Assembly: GCA_964016885.1 (NCBI GenBank)
Contig: OZ024742.1
Location: 259,532,001 to 259,596,000, forward strand
DNA: 64,000 nt
Direction of reading: 5' to 3'
Origin: Eledone cirrhosa
Lineage: Eukaryota
This document shows positions 50,716-63,191 of the stretch, in pieces (the stretch's first letter is position 1; every line of letters starts with the position of its first letter). The notes beneath the pieces are model-generated. The model was not told where the DNA came from. It ran no database searches and was given only the letters and a program-made list of their open reading frames with translations. A program made the translations under genes and the position numbers.

Positions 50716-53700
50716 TAGTTGCATTTATCTTGCTTTATGTTCATACGAGTTATCACCAAGTCACAACAAGAGACAACAAGGTCCGCCATGTTCAAGAAAG
50801 AACATACATACATGCATCTTTAGTGTTTAGACTTGTGATGTACTTATATTGACAGAATCTTCCTTAGTATATGGGCAGTTCCCGTTAGTACTATCTTTTG
50901 TATTTCTCCTATATGCGGGTTTCCTGGGATTAGCGATATGTAATCATTAGACCCCTTAGGTATCGTTCCTAGAACGCCTACAACCACTGGTATTGTTTTA
51001 GTTCTCAATTTCCACATTTTTCCAATTTATATCTCCAGGTCCTTATACTTGCTCAATTTTTCAAATGTTTTTAAAGATACATTCTTGTCTATTGGAACGG
51101 ACATATCAATTAGCAAACATACCCTCTTTTTAAAGCCCTTCAGTATTATATCAGGTCTATTTGCATCTATTTTTCGGTCTGTTTGGCTGCTAAAGTTCCA
51201 CAAGTTTGAGATGTGATCTTTTTCAAGTATGGGAGGTGGTTGATGCTCCCGCCAATTCTTTTGATGGAGCAGATCAAAATGCTTACACATTATCCAATGT
51301 ATGTATTGTGCAGCTCTGTCATGCATGTTTAGGTATTCGGTTGGAGCTATAGGACTACACATTGAAATTATATGGTCAATGGTCTCTGGTTGTTTTTTAC
51401 ATACACGGCATAATGGGTTGCATCCATTTTTCATTATGTTGGCTTGGTAATTTTTTGTTGGCAGACACTGATCTTGTGCTGATATAATCAGTCCTTCAGT
51501 CTCCGATTTCAGTCCAGAGGATGCCAACGACTGATGAGTTAAAGTTTTGTCAACATCAGGATTGTTAGCTCTTTCTGGGTATTTTCCATACAGAGGCTTT
51601 TCTTGCCATTTCTTAGCCAGTTTCTGTAGCAGTTATTTCTTTGCAGTTACTTTTACCTGCTTTGCTTTTTCTGTGTTTTCCATTTCAGCAGTAAATGGGA
51701 CTTCTGAAATTTGTAGTCCATTACTGTATCTTTGTGCATCTTTTGTAATGGAGTATGATCTTTTGATGCTTTCGTGTTTCAAAACGAGTTTGATCATCCA
51801 ATCATGTGATTCCCTTAGATATGTAGATAATCCAATTGTTGCAGTTTTCAACGCAATGTCTAACTAGATTAACCCACGTCCTCCTTCTTTCCTAGGGAGA
51901 TATATTCTATCTGTATCTGCCTTAGGGTGATGCATTCTGTGCATGGTTAAGAATTTTCTAATTTTTGTATCGAGCTTACGGATCTCTGTGCTTGACCAGT
52001 TGATGACATTGTAACTGTAGGTTACTACTGGTATGGCAAGCGTATTTATGGCATCGATCCTATTCCTTGATTTCAATTCCGTTCTTAAGATTGCTCTTAC
52101 TCTGCGGTAACATTCCTTCCTTATCCTTTCCCTCATTGTCGAGTGCTTGATTCTGTCTCCTTCACAAACACCGAGATATTTGTAAGTTTCCTCTTGATCA
52201 AGTTCTCTTATCACATTCCCTCGATCAAGATTAATGTCTGAACTTTTCAGCAGCTTTCCTCTGGTGAACGTTGCTTTGGCGCATTTATCTAGTCCAAACT
52301 CCATTTTAATGTCATCACTGAACTGCTCCACAGTGGATAATAGCCCTTGCAATTGTTCATCATTTTTTGCAAATAGTTTCAGGTTATCCATGTAGAACAA
52401 GTGATTAATTGTTTTGCCATAGACTTTATATCCATGTTTTGTTTCATTGAGCTTTTTACTTAATGGTATAAGTGCGATGCAGAATAAAAACGGTATTAAC
52501 GAGTCACCCTGAAAAATTCCACAATTAATATTAACTTCTCCAGCTTCCAGTGATTCTTTTTCACTATTCAAAAGGAGTGTCGTTTTCCATGTCTTCAAAC
52601 TGAATGACAAGAACCTCCTGACAACGGGAGATTTTTGAAAATCTCTAAACATTTTTCAATCCAACTGTGTGGCAAACTATCGAATGCTTTTTTATAATCT
52701 ATCCAAGCAATTGATAGATTTTTGTGTCTATTATGACAATCTTCCAGTATCATTTTGTTAACCAAAAGCTGATCCTTACAACCATATGAACCTCGTTTAC
52801 ACCCTTTCTGCTCATTGGAAAATAGGTCATTTGTTATCAGGTGGTCATATGTATATTCAGTTAGGACTGATGTTAAAATTTTATACATTGTGGTCAAGCA
52901 AGTTATCGGTCTGTAATTTTTGGGATTGTTTGTCTCATCATTCTTCGTAAGCAGGAATGTAATGCCGTTAATTAGCCATGATGGTATCTTTTCTGGCTCC
53001 TTAACTATTTCATTGTAAAGTTGGGCTAACAGCTCATGGGACTCTGTGAAGGCATTTATCCAAAAATTTGGTATTTTGTCTTTTCCCGGGGATTTTCATT
53101 TGCTGGTTTTTCTAAGAGCCACACGCAACTGTTAAACTGTTATATTTTCCCATATTTGTTCCTCAAGGTGAGCTGTATCTTTCATTTGTCTGTCTATCCA
53201 TGGGGCATGTATATTATGAACTTTTTCTTCGGCACAGATCTTTTCCCAGAATTCTTGCACTTCCTCCTTGGGTGGTATTGATTTAGCAGTTATTGTTGAC
53301 TTGCCAATTTTTCTGTAAAAGTTTCTTTGGTTGTTTTTGAACATATTATTGTCCTTATAGAATCTAGATCGTTTTTCAAAACGCCTTATACGAGCAGCTT
53401 TGGCCGACACTTTTTGCTTGATTATTTCTATCAGCATGGCTATGTCACTTGTTGATTTTATACTGTATTTTCTTTTCAATTTTCTAAGTTTAGTTTGGTT
53501 AACATGTTCACCTACTTTGTAGTTTGTTAAAATTTCTATGTCAGATCGGAGAAGGTTTTTTGGCGATTGATGTTCTCTTGCCAAGTAGATTTCTTGTAGG
53601 AATTCCTTTGTTTTTTTTTCATTTTCCCTCCACATAATTGAGTGGTGACTTTAGCCGATGCATCATAGAGATGATTTAAATCAGTAATGTTTAGTTTGTT

Positions 53701-54226
53701 TGTGATGATAATGTTTTTGAGAATTATATTAGTCTTATGTATTATCTTTTGGTTCTGTTTGGAGTTCTGGATCTTAGGGGGGGGGGGTCTCGTTGCCCCA
53801 TGTCAGATTCTTCATTTTCATCCATTTCATCCTTCAAGTTGGCAAGTTCATTCTCATTGTTTTCATTTTGAGTTTCATCTTAAGCATGCACTCCCTCCAC
53901 TTTTTCGATCCTTTCTTTAATTTGTTCTGTTGTCAGTGATTCCGCCCCAACCTTGGGATTCGAAGTGTTACAATTTACTTCGTTTTCACTGACACATGTT
54001 TCATTTTCCCTTCGCTGACTTTGTGCTAATAGCTTGATCTGATCAATTTCTATATCAGTTAGTAACTTTTTTTAACAATATTTTTTCGTATATTGGCTAG
54101 TTTGTTACTGTCAATATAGCCTCTGTTTTCCGGATGGTTCTTTTTCCAGTTGATATATGCCTGTTCTGTATTCGATCTATTTGATGGGTAGTACATGGCA
54201 GTGTAGAAAGCCTCAAGGACTTCTTT
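50716..54226 (-). pseudogene. Decayed R4/Dong-clade element, family 2
   Basis: QKGCKRGSYGCKDQL, IDYKKAFDS, GIFQGDSL, HLFYMDNLKL, CRVC...H...C, NRPDIIL; split by stops and frameshifts into 5 or more ORFs. Confidence 0.92.
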
Positions 54227-54245
54227 ATTATTATTATTATTATTG

Positions 54246-55645
54246 TTCTTTGAGTCTCAGTCATTGATGTTAGTTAACTGGAAAGTTTATTGAAATGAAT
54301 ATCAAGCCACTACCTGCAGCCTCAGATATTCAGGACGTATTGGAGGGTTCTTGCTTTTCCCAGCAAGCATGCCTTTTGAAGTGTTCCAAAAAGCGGGGCG
54401 GGACCAATTTTCTTTAACCATCCTTGGAAACTCTTTGAGATAGTACCTAGTGCGCCTATGACAATCGGGACCACTTTGACTTCATGGCAGTTCCAAATCC
54501 TTTTTACCTCCCACTTTAAGTCCTGGTATCGGTTAATTTTCTCCCTCTCCTTCTCTTGCACTCTCTTATCGAATGGGCAGGCTACATCCACAATCAGGCA
54601 CGATCTTTTTCCCTTGTCCAAAACCACCAGGTCAGGTCTATTGTGTTCCAGTTTCTTGTCTGTCTGTATCCTAAAATCCCACAGCACCTTCACCTGATCG
54701 TTTTCCATCACCGACTCTGGCTTATGCTCATACCACTTCTCAGAATGTGGTAAATTGTTTACTTTGCATAGTTGCCAGTGGATCACCCTGCCCATCACAT
54801 CATGTCTCCAGCCTTTATAGTGAGTCTGGGCTAGTTGTTTACACTCGGATACAATATGAGCCACAGTCTCCTCTCTCTCTCTCCACAGATCCTACACAGT
54901 GGGCTAGCCTCCTCCTTGTAAATATGGTGTTTCAGCCACTTCGTTTTGATGGCCTGCTCTTGCGCAGCCATTAGCATTCCTTCTGTAGCCTTTTTAAGGT
55001 CTCCTCTTTTCAACCAGTTCCATATCTGTGGATCTCTAAAATCAGTTTTCTCAAGGAAGGTACTAAGAAGGGATTTTCCATGAAGGTTGCTCTTTCTCCT
55101 TGTTGTTATTTCCTCTTTGGACATCCCCTGCTCTATTGTCCTCTCCTTCAGTACAATTCTGAGCATTGGCTCCCTACTATCAGTCACGTATTTGTGTAGG
55201 TTGTTTTTCTCCATCTGAACACAGTCCTCTATGCTGATAAGACCTCTTCCACCTTTAGATCTCCTTAAGTAAAGTCTATCGACATGACTCCTCTTGTGGA
55301 ACATGTTGTAGATAGTCAATAGCTTCCTAGTCTTCCTATCCATTTCTTTTTGTTCAGCAACATTCCATCTCAGAATTCCCGCACTGTACCTAATAATAGA
55401 CACAGCTCGGGAATTTACTGCACTTATGGCATTCCTACTGTTCAGATGAGACTTTAATACGCTCCTTACTCTCCGAATGTATTCAGATCTTATCAATTCC
55501 TTAATTTTTTTTGTTCTTGATGTCATCAGCCTCCAGAACACCTAAATATTTATATCCTTCTTCAGTGACAATTTCCTTTATCATCTCACCTGTTGGTACC
55601 TGGATTCCGTTGCTTCTGCTCAATTTACGCCTCTTCATCACAAGA
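54246..55645 (-). pseudogene. 5'-truncated R4/Dong family 1 copy (older subfamily)
   Basis: Paralogous to the C-terminal part of 56407-59589, with frameshifts at ~54870 and ~55505; flanked by (ATT)n. Confidence 0.92.
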
Positions 55646-55694
55646 TTACTATTGTTATTATTATTATTATTACAGTTGCATTTTATTATTATTA

Positions 55695-55744
<50 letters not shown>

Positions 55745-55751
55745 GTTATTA

Positions 55752-56082
55752 CTCTTTGAGACTCAGTCATTGATGTTAGTTAACTGGAAAGTTTTTTGAG
55801 ATGAATATCAAGCCACTACCTGCATCTCAGATATTCAGGACGTATCGGAGGGTTCTTGCTGTTCCCAGCAAGCATGCCTTTTGAAGCGTTCCAAAAAGCG
55901 TGAAGGGGCCAATTTTCTTTAACCATCCCTGGAAACTTTTTGAGATAGTCCCTAGTGCGCCTATGACAATCGGGATCACTTTGACTTCATGGCAGTTCCA
56001 AATCCTTTTTACCTCCCACTTTAAGTCCTGGTATCGGTTAATTTTCTCCCTCTCCTTCTCTTGCACTCTCGTGTCGAATGGG

Positions 56083-56083
<1 letters not shown>
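55752..56083 (-). mobile_element. Short R4/Dong family 1 3' fragment
   Basis: QEKEREKINRYQDL...LRYVLNI* plus 3' UTR, between (ATT)n runs. Confidence 0.9.
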
Positions 56084-56112
<29 letters not shown>

Positions 56113-56115
<3 letters not shown>

Positions 56116-56297
56116 AGTTGCATTTATCTTGCTTTATGTTCATACGAGTTATCACCAAGTCACAACCAGTGACCTCAAGAGACAACAAGGTCCGACATGT
56201 TCAAGAAAGAACATACATATTCACACATGCATCTTTAATGTTTAGACTTGTGATGTACTTATATTGACAGAATCTTCCTTAGTATATGGGCAGTTCC
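56113..56297 (-). mobile_element. R4/Dong family 2 3'-end fragment
   Basis: Matches 50716-50882. Confidence 0.88.
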
Positions 56298-56321
56298 TTA
56301 TTATTATTATTATTATTATTG

Positions 56322-59300
56322 TTATTGTTATTCCTTGAATCTCAGTCATTGATGTTGGTTAACTGGAAAGTCCGTTGGATTGAATATCAAGCCACTACCT
56401 GCAGCCTCAGATATTCAGGACGTATCGGAGGGTTCTTGCTGTTCCAAGCAAGCATGCCTTTTGAAGCGTTCCAAAAAGCGTGAAGGGGCCGATTTTCTTT
56501 AACCATCCCTGGAAACCTTTGGAGATAGTCCCCAGTGCGCCTATGACAATCGGGATCACTTTGACTTCATGGCAGTTCCAAATCCTTTTCACCTCCCACT
56601 TTAGGTCCTGGTATCGGTTAATTTTCTCCCTCTCCTTCTCTTGCACTCTCGTGTCGAACGGGCAGGCCACATCCACAATCAGGCACGATCTTTTTTCTTT
56701 GTCCACAACCACCAGGTCAGGTCTATTGTGTTCCAGTTTTTTGTCCGTCTGTATCCTAAAATCCCACAGCACCTTCACCTGACTGTTCTCCATCACCGCC
56801 TCTGGCCTATGCTCATACCATTTCTCAGAATGTGGTAAATTGTTTACTTTGCACAGGTGCCAGTGGATCACCCTGCCCATCACATCGTGTCTCCAGCCCT
56901 TATAGTGGGTCTGGGCTAGGTGTTTACACTCGGACACAATGTGAGCCACAGTCTCCTCTCTCTCTCCACAGATCCTGCACAGTGGGCTAGCCTCCTCCTT
57001 GTAGATATGGTGCTTCAACCACTTCGTTTTGAGGGCCTGCTCCTGCGCAGCCATTAGCATTCCTTCTGTAGCCTTTTTGAGGTCTCCTCTTCTCAACCAG
57101 TTCCATGTCTGTGGATCTCTAAATTCAGTTTTCTCAAAGAAGGTACTATGAAGGGATTTTCCCTTAAGGCTGCTCTTCCTCCTTGATGTTATTTCCTCCT
57201 TGGACATCCCCTGGCCTACTGTCCCCTCCTTCAGTACAGTTCTGAGCATTGGCTCCTTACTATAGGTCACGTATTTGTATAGGTTGTTTTTCTCCATCTG
57301 AACACAGTCCTCTATGCTGATAAGACCTCTTCCACCCTCAGATCTCCTTAGGTAGAGTCTATCGACATCACTCCTCTTGTGGAACATGTTGTAGATAGTC
57401 AATAGCTTCCTAGTCTTCCTATCCATTTCTTTTTGTTCAGCAACATTCCATCTCAGAATTCCCGCACTGTACCTAATAATAGACACAGCTCGGGAATTTA
57501 CTGCGCTTATGGCATTTCTGCTGTTCAGATGTGACTTCAATACGCTCCTTACTCTCCGAATGTATTCAGTTCTTAACAATTCCTTCATTTTTTTGTTCTT
57601 TATGCCATCAGCCTCCAGAACGCCCAAATACTTGTATCCTTCCTCAGAGTCAATTTCCTTTATCATCTCACCTGTTGGTATCTGGATCCCGCTACTTCTG
57701 CTCAACCTACCCCTCTTCATCACAATGACTCCACATTTACCAATACCAAACTGCATACATATATCACTGCTGAAAATACGGACAGTGTCAACAAGCACAT
57801 CCAACTCCTTCTCACTTTTCCCGAAGAGCTTAAGATCGTCCATGAAGAGGAGGTGATTGATGGTAAGCTCTCCCCTTCCCAACTTGTATCCTGCTCTCAC
57901 TTTTCGCAGCATAATGGTCAAGGGCATCAGGGCAAGGACAAACAACAGAGGGGACAGGCTATCTCCCTGGAAGATACCTCTCTTGATCTTCACGCTTCCC
58001 AAGGATACTCCAGTTGATGTCAACTCTGTCTCCCAGGACCCCATACTCCTGCCCAGCAACTGTCTGATGTTATCTGCCACCCTGAAGATCTCCAGGCTTT
58101 TGGTGATCCAGGAATGAGGCACCATGTCAAATGCCTTTCTGTAGTCTATCCATCCCATGGCAAGATCAGTGTGTCTCCTCCTGCAATTCCCCATTACCAT
58201 CTTATCAATAAGGAACTGGTCCTTTGTACCACGTGACTTCTTTCGGCATCCTTTCTGTTCGTCCGGTAACAAGTTGTTTGTGTGGAGGTGATGGTAGATT
58301 TCCTCAGACACAATGCTCGTCAACAGTTTCCACATTACGGGCAGACATGTGATAGGTCTATAGTTGGTAACATGATTACCCTTGATTCGGTCTTTCATTA
58401 TCAGAACTGTGGTACCTTTTGTCAACCACTCTGGCACCTCACCCGACACCAAGCAGTCATTGAACATGGCCGTCAGCTTCGGGTGGAGGGATGTTAAATG
58501 TTTAATCCAATACCCCTGCACACCATCTGGGCCTGGTGATTTCCAGTTGGTTAGTTTTTTGGCTTGCCCCTTAAGAGTTTCAACTGTGATACTCAAATCA
58601 GTCTTTTGTTGTGCCTGCTCACCGATCTCCCTCTGTACTGTCTCAATCCACCCTGCCTGGGCATTGTGTCTAACATCCTGCTCCCATATTCCTCTCCAGA
58701 ATGTTTTAGCTTGTTCCGCCCCAGGGATCAAGTCGTTGCCTCTTTCTTTCCCCTCAAGCTGTCCAAACAGCATCTTCTGGTTGTTGTCGAACATGCGGTT
58801 CTGTTTATACTGACTGACTCTGTTCTCGTATCGCCTGATTTTGGCACTCTTTGCTACAATGCGTTGCTTCAATTCCTCTATGATAATATTTAGCTTTTTA
58901 CTCCTAGTTTTGTATTTTATTTCCAGTCTATTTTTAGTGCCTATGTTTTTTAGTGTCCCATTCAGTAGTGACTCAAGCTTTCCTATGTCATTTCTCATTT
59001 CCCCGATTTGCCCACTCAGTCGCTTCTTCCACCACGGCTCTGCTCTTTCTTGTCTGTTGTTTCCTCTCGCTTTTATACCAAGTAGTTTCCTCACCGTATT
59101 TGCTGTTGCTTTGAGGATATTGTTGCACTGGTGAAGACTCCTCGCCTCAAGGTATGGGATGACTTTGTTTACCTTAGCTGTTGTTTCTTTTAACTTTTTC
59201 CTGTCTACAAATCTTAGGTTCATAGGTCTCCCACTATCATTGTTCAACTCATCTACCACTAAATTTAGGATGTCAACCGAATCTTGTCCTAGCCCATCAG

Positions 59301-59970
59301 CATTCATCTCCTCAGTGGCCGTATCTCTGTTCCAGGTATTATTTATCTCAGTATTCAGATCATTGTCTGCTTCGGGTGGTTCCTCCGTTCTCAGGACCTC
59401 CTCACCTTCATTTCCCGCCGGCTCGCTTGTCTGGCATACTACACCCGCCATCTCCAAGCCATTCTCTCTGCTCAGTTCCTCCAGTTCCAGCTCGCTTATC
59501 CACCCATTAGTTCTTATTACCCGAGCCTGCCCGGCCAATTTTTGTTCATCTAATTTAAATAAACCAATCTCGTTCCAGATGTTATGCATCCGTCTCCTGT
59601 AGCCCCTCTCCTTTGGGGTTACTTTTCAGGTAGCATTGCATAACAGTTCTATTCAATTCTTTCGTCCAGTTGGTTCTGGCCCCTTTCCTTCTTCTTCTTC
59701 CTCCAACATCAGCAGTATTTGGTTGACAGTCAGGTTCCTGCTGCTGAGCCAGGGGGCACCTGTTGGGTGAGAGTCTGTCACATGACGTTCTAGTCTCCAT
59801 TTCACCGTTATTCGAACTGTTTATGTTCGATATTTAAACACTCTTATCGAGGATTGGCGAATGTATGTTTACATAGCCATCTGTGGATCCGCCATCCCAC
59901 TTGGCCCTTGTGTGGCATTATCACCACGCTGTATACGAACACACGGGCAGAAAGGGCCCCAAAAATGAAT
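56322..59970 (-). mobile_element. Near full-length R4/Dong-clade retrotransposon
   Basis: 5' UTR, a single long ORF, short 3' UTR and (TAA)n tail. The 5' boundary is approximate. Confidence 0.93.
56407..59589 (-). CDS. R4/Dong-clade polyprotein (RT + CCHC + restriction-like endonuclease), 1060 aa; true start probably 59800 across one frameshift
   Basis: EPWWKKRL, KSPGPDG, NYRPITCL, IDYRKAFD, GIFQGDSLSP, FMDDLKL, YKYLG, CRICGEREETVAHIVSEC, RHD, RPDLVV, EKINRYQDL. Confidence 0.93.
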   Translation of the reverse strand: MHNIWNEIGLFKLDEQKLAGQARVIRTNGWISELELEELSRENGLEMAGVVCQTSEPAGNEGEEVLRTEEPPEADNDLNTEINNTWNRDTATEEMNADGLGQDSVDILNLVVDELNNDSGRPMNLRFVDRKKLKETTAKVNKVIPYLEARSLHQCNNILKATANTVRKLLGIKARGNNRQERAEPWWKKRLSGQIGEMRNDIGKLESLLNGTLKNIGTKNRLEIKYKTRSKKLNIIIEELKQRIVAKSAKIRRYENRVSQYKQNRMFDNNQKMLFGQLEGKERGNDLIPGAEQAKTFWRGIWEQDVRHNAQAGWIETVQREIGEQAQQKTDLSITVETLKGQAKKLTNWKSPGPDGVQGYWIKHLTSLHPKLTAMFNDCLVSGEVPEWLTKGTTVLIMKDRIKGNHVTNYRPITCLPVMWKLLTSIVSEEIYHHLHTNNLLPDEQKGCRKKSRGTKDQFLIDKMVMGNCRRRHTDLAMGWIDYRKAFDMVPHSWITKSLEIFRVADNIRQLLGRSMGSWETELTSTGVSLGSVKIKRGIFQGDSLSPLLFVLALMPLTIMLRKVRAGYKLGRGELTINHLLFMDDLKLFGKSEKELDVLVDTVRIFSSDICMQFGIGKCGVIVMKRGRLSRSSGIQIPTGEMIKEIDSEEGYKYLGVLEADGIKNKKMKELLRTEYIRRVRSVLKSHLNSRNAISAVNSRAVSIIRYSAGILRWNVAEQKEMDRKTRKLLTIYNMFHKRSDVDRLYLRRSEGGRGLISIEDCVQMEKNNLYKYVTYSKEPMLRTVLKEGTVGQGMSKEEITSRRKSSLKGKSLHSTFFEKTEFRDPQTWNWLRRGDLKKATEGMLMAAQEQALKTKWLKHHIYKEEASPLCRICGEREETVAHIVSECKHLAQTHYKGWRHDVMGRVIHWHLCKVNNLPHSEKWYEHRPEAVMENSQVKVLWDFRIQTDKKLEHNRPDLVVVDKEKRSCLIVDVACPFDTRVQEKEREKINRYQDLKWEVKRIWNCHEVKVIPIVIGALGTISKGFQGWLKKIGPFTLFGTLQKACLLGTARTLRYVLNI

Positions 59971-60856
59971 AAGCATAAGTTTCATTGTAATGTAGTATTC
60001 GAATGTCTGACTTAGTTTTTGTTTTTTAAGTTTTACTTTTTCCCCCCTCTTCTCTGTCCGTCCGCCTGCTTCTCTCTTCATTCTTATTTTCTTTACGTTT
60101 TGGGGGTTTCTTTTTTTGTTTTTGTTTTTCTCTGTTTGTTTTTCTCGTTTTTTGCTGTTGTTGCTGTGCTGCTTTGGTTTTGTTGTTTGTTTTTTCTTTT
60201 TTCTTTTGAGTCTATCTATATATTTTGATGCCTTCCTCTTTGTTAGTAGTAGGAATTCTATAATGTGGAAGTGGCAGCCAGCAGGGAGAAGTGGGAGACT
60301 GGCGGCGTTGGCGATACTGAGACAGTGGTGGTGGTGATGTCGATACCGAGGCAGTGGTGGCGGTGATGCGACCGTATTACTGTAGTGATGGTGCTGTAGC
60401 GGTGGCAGCAGCAGTGAAGGAGTCAAGGGGTGGTGGCGGCGGTGATGGGATAGTGGTGGTAATGATGGCCGTAGTGAGCGGTGGCGGTGAAGGTGAAAAT
60501 GCTGTTGTGTTTAGTGTACACAGATGATGGGGTGGGTGGTGTATCTAGTTTCTGGTGTTGGTGAGTTTAGCTGTCCTATATAGTGTAGCCAGAGGAGAGG
60601 AGGGGAGGGGTTCTTCTTCCATTTATAGCCATTTTTTTTTTTTTGGATATACAGTGTACAATACAAAGTTGAATATTTGAATATTTGAGCCTTATAACAA
60701 TATATTTTGGGTCCGAATTTTTTGGGGCTCAAGCCGGGTGCTTTACGTAGCATTTGTACTAAGAGTTGTTATTTCACAAATGATTTAAATATGTTAAAAA
60801 TTCAAAACTTACGGGAGCGATTTCATGACCTCCGTCACCTCGTGCGTCTTCTTCCC

Positions 60857-60915
<59 letters not shown>

Positions 60916-60963
60916 TTATATACATAAATAATAAAGAAATCATTATTATTATTATTATGAATA

Positions 60964-61161
60964 GGGCGGTGGATTGGCAGTATCGGTAGAGATTCGGACA
61001 CCATGCTTTGAAGCATAGAGTTACGTCCCTTTATGATCTGAGTTCAAATCCCGCCGAGGTTAACTTTGCCTTTCATCCTTACAGGGTCGATAAAATAAAG
61101 TACCAGTAATATACTGTGTGATTGCTGGCCTTGTGCCAAAAATAGAAACAATTATTATTAT
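60964..61161 (+). mobile_element. SINE family A
   Basis: Full match with A and B boxes. Confidence 0.88.
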
Positions 61162-61199
61162 TATGAATTCTAAAATATCGTTCAAAAATATTTCAAAAA

Positions 61200-61290
61200 G
61201 TAACCTTCATTCTATTTTCTTATTTTGTAGGTAAGTGAACGTTATTTCTACAGAATACAAATAATAAATTAAGGTTTCCATAAGGTAAGT
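61200..61290 (+). other. Candidate recursive splice site with a 54-nt cryptic exon
   Basis: taac + ~25-nt pyrimidine tract + TAG|GTAAGT (61230/61231); second donor AAG|GTAAGT (61284/61285). Confidence 0.55.
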
Positions 61291-61778
61291 GAAGGTGTTG
61301 CAATTTCAGTATATTGGGAATAGATCGAGGAAAGATAGGATAGGTATAAATAAATGAAAGGAAAGAATGAATGAAACAAACAAACAAATTACAAAGTTGT
61401 TGTTTTAAAGAAAAAGGAATGAGTTATATCCATCACTTGTTCGCTTTGTATCAGCTGTCATCAAACTTTCCTGTAATGAAAGATGTGACGACCGGTTTCT
61501 TTGTTTCTTTCAATAACTACACTATCTATTATACCCTTTGTTTAAGACGGTATAGTATGAATTGAGGAATAATTGGGCTGCAATACTCATTAGGAGCAGA
61601 CCGTCCCCTTGTTTAACACTGGAATAGGCTGACGTCCTTTTGTATGGGTGAAATATAGTTAAACAAGGAAACAACAGTTAGACCAGACTACGTTCATGAC
61701 TGCCATAAAATAATTTACTATCTGCCTCTCTCTTCTCCACTCTCTCTCTCCTCTCTCTCTCCTCTCTCTCCACTCACT

Positions 61779-61842
<64 letters not shown>

Positions 61843-62493
61843 CTGTCTACCTCTTTCTCTACCTTACACTTTCGTTCTTCCAGAGTAAGAGAGGTGATGT
61901 GAATTACTTAATGAGGATGTGTTAGGCGGTGAGAAGAATGGCTATCGATGTTCCACCATTACATAAACGTACATGTTCTCTATTGTGGTAAGGATTGCAT
62001 ATCTCATTCAACTAAAACGTACGCTCATTCAACTAAAAGTATTAGTACGCTCAGATAATATTGCTAAAAAAATAAGATATTTTATAGTTGTGCTGCTTTA
62101 TTAAGATAGAAGGACATATTGGGACATAACAGCACATAATATATCATAGTCTCTGTTTATAATATATAAAGCAAGACCTTGATTGCTAAAACGTGAGAAA
62201 TGTGCCCGGCCATTTTTTCAGCGTAAAGTAATGCGGTTCTAAATTATGGAAACCTTGAATAAAATGGCTGCAAGCTATTTTTTCTTCGTTATCGATATTC
62301 CATCTCCATGAAGGTGAAAGGATCACTGACCTTCAATATATAATCAAAGAGAATTATCTATATATTCTGGCATACACATCTCATAGAAACTATTAAATAA
62401 TATCTTCCATTGTATCTCAAAAATGTGTATTCAAGTGAAATCTATCTTGACGTCGTTCGCGTTTTCTCTTTCTCTGTCTATCTTTCTCTCTCC

Positions 62494-62571
<78 letters not shown>

Positions 62572-63098
62572 GTGTATATGTGAGTATGTGTGTGTATGTG
62601 TGTCTGTGTGTGTGTACTGTATATGGGCAAAGCAAATAAAACAAAATAAACACACGGATATAAAAATACAAAGTGTTATTAGCATCACGCTTGATGGAAG
62701 TGGGGTGGGTTCGGCGCTACTGAAGGAAGTCCTTCGTCATTAAATGGAGAGTTGGGATAGGGAGAGAACGTGTAGGTACATGAATGTTTGGAAAAGATTG
62801 GTAAGAAGGCTGGAGGTGGTAGGCGAATGGTCCGGCATTCCGAAATGGGGGCCGAAGTGCAAGGTCCAGGTGTGTCATGGGACCAGTTTCAAGACGTAAT
62901 CATGTTGAAGCAAAATGGCGAATGGTGTTTAAGACTATGTAGTTAAGGTCACTATTGATTCGGTTAGGCCACGTAGTGTAGTTGCAAGTCCGCAACAGCA
63001 GATGAATGCGTTAACTCTGATTGATGCTAATGATAACTACTGTATGTTAGTGGGCGCTATACATTGTACCTATTGTGTTATTATTTCTGTTTACCTTT

Positions 63099-63187
<89 letters not shown>

Positions 63188-63191
<4 letters not shown>

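Noticed and set aside
57509-59602. Plus-strand ORFs overlapping the Dong element
   Set aside because: Antisense shadows of the real minus-strand ORF.
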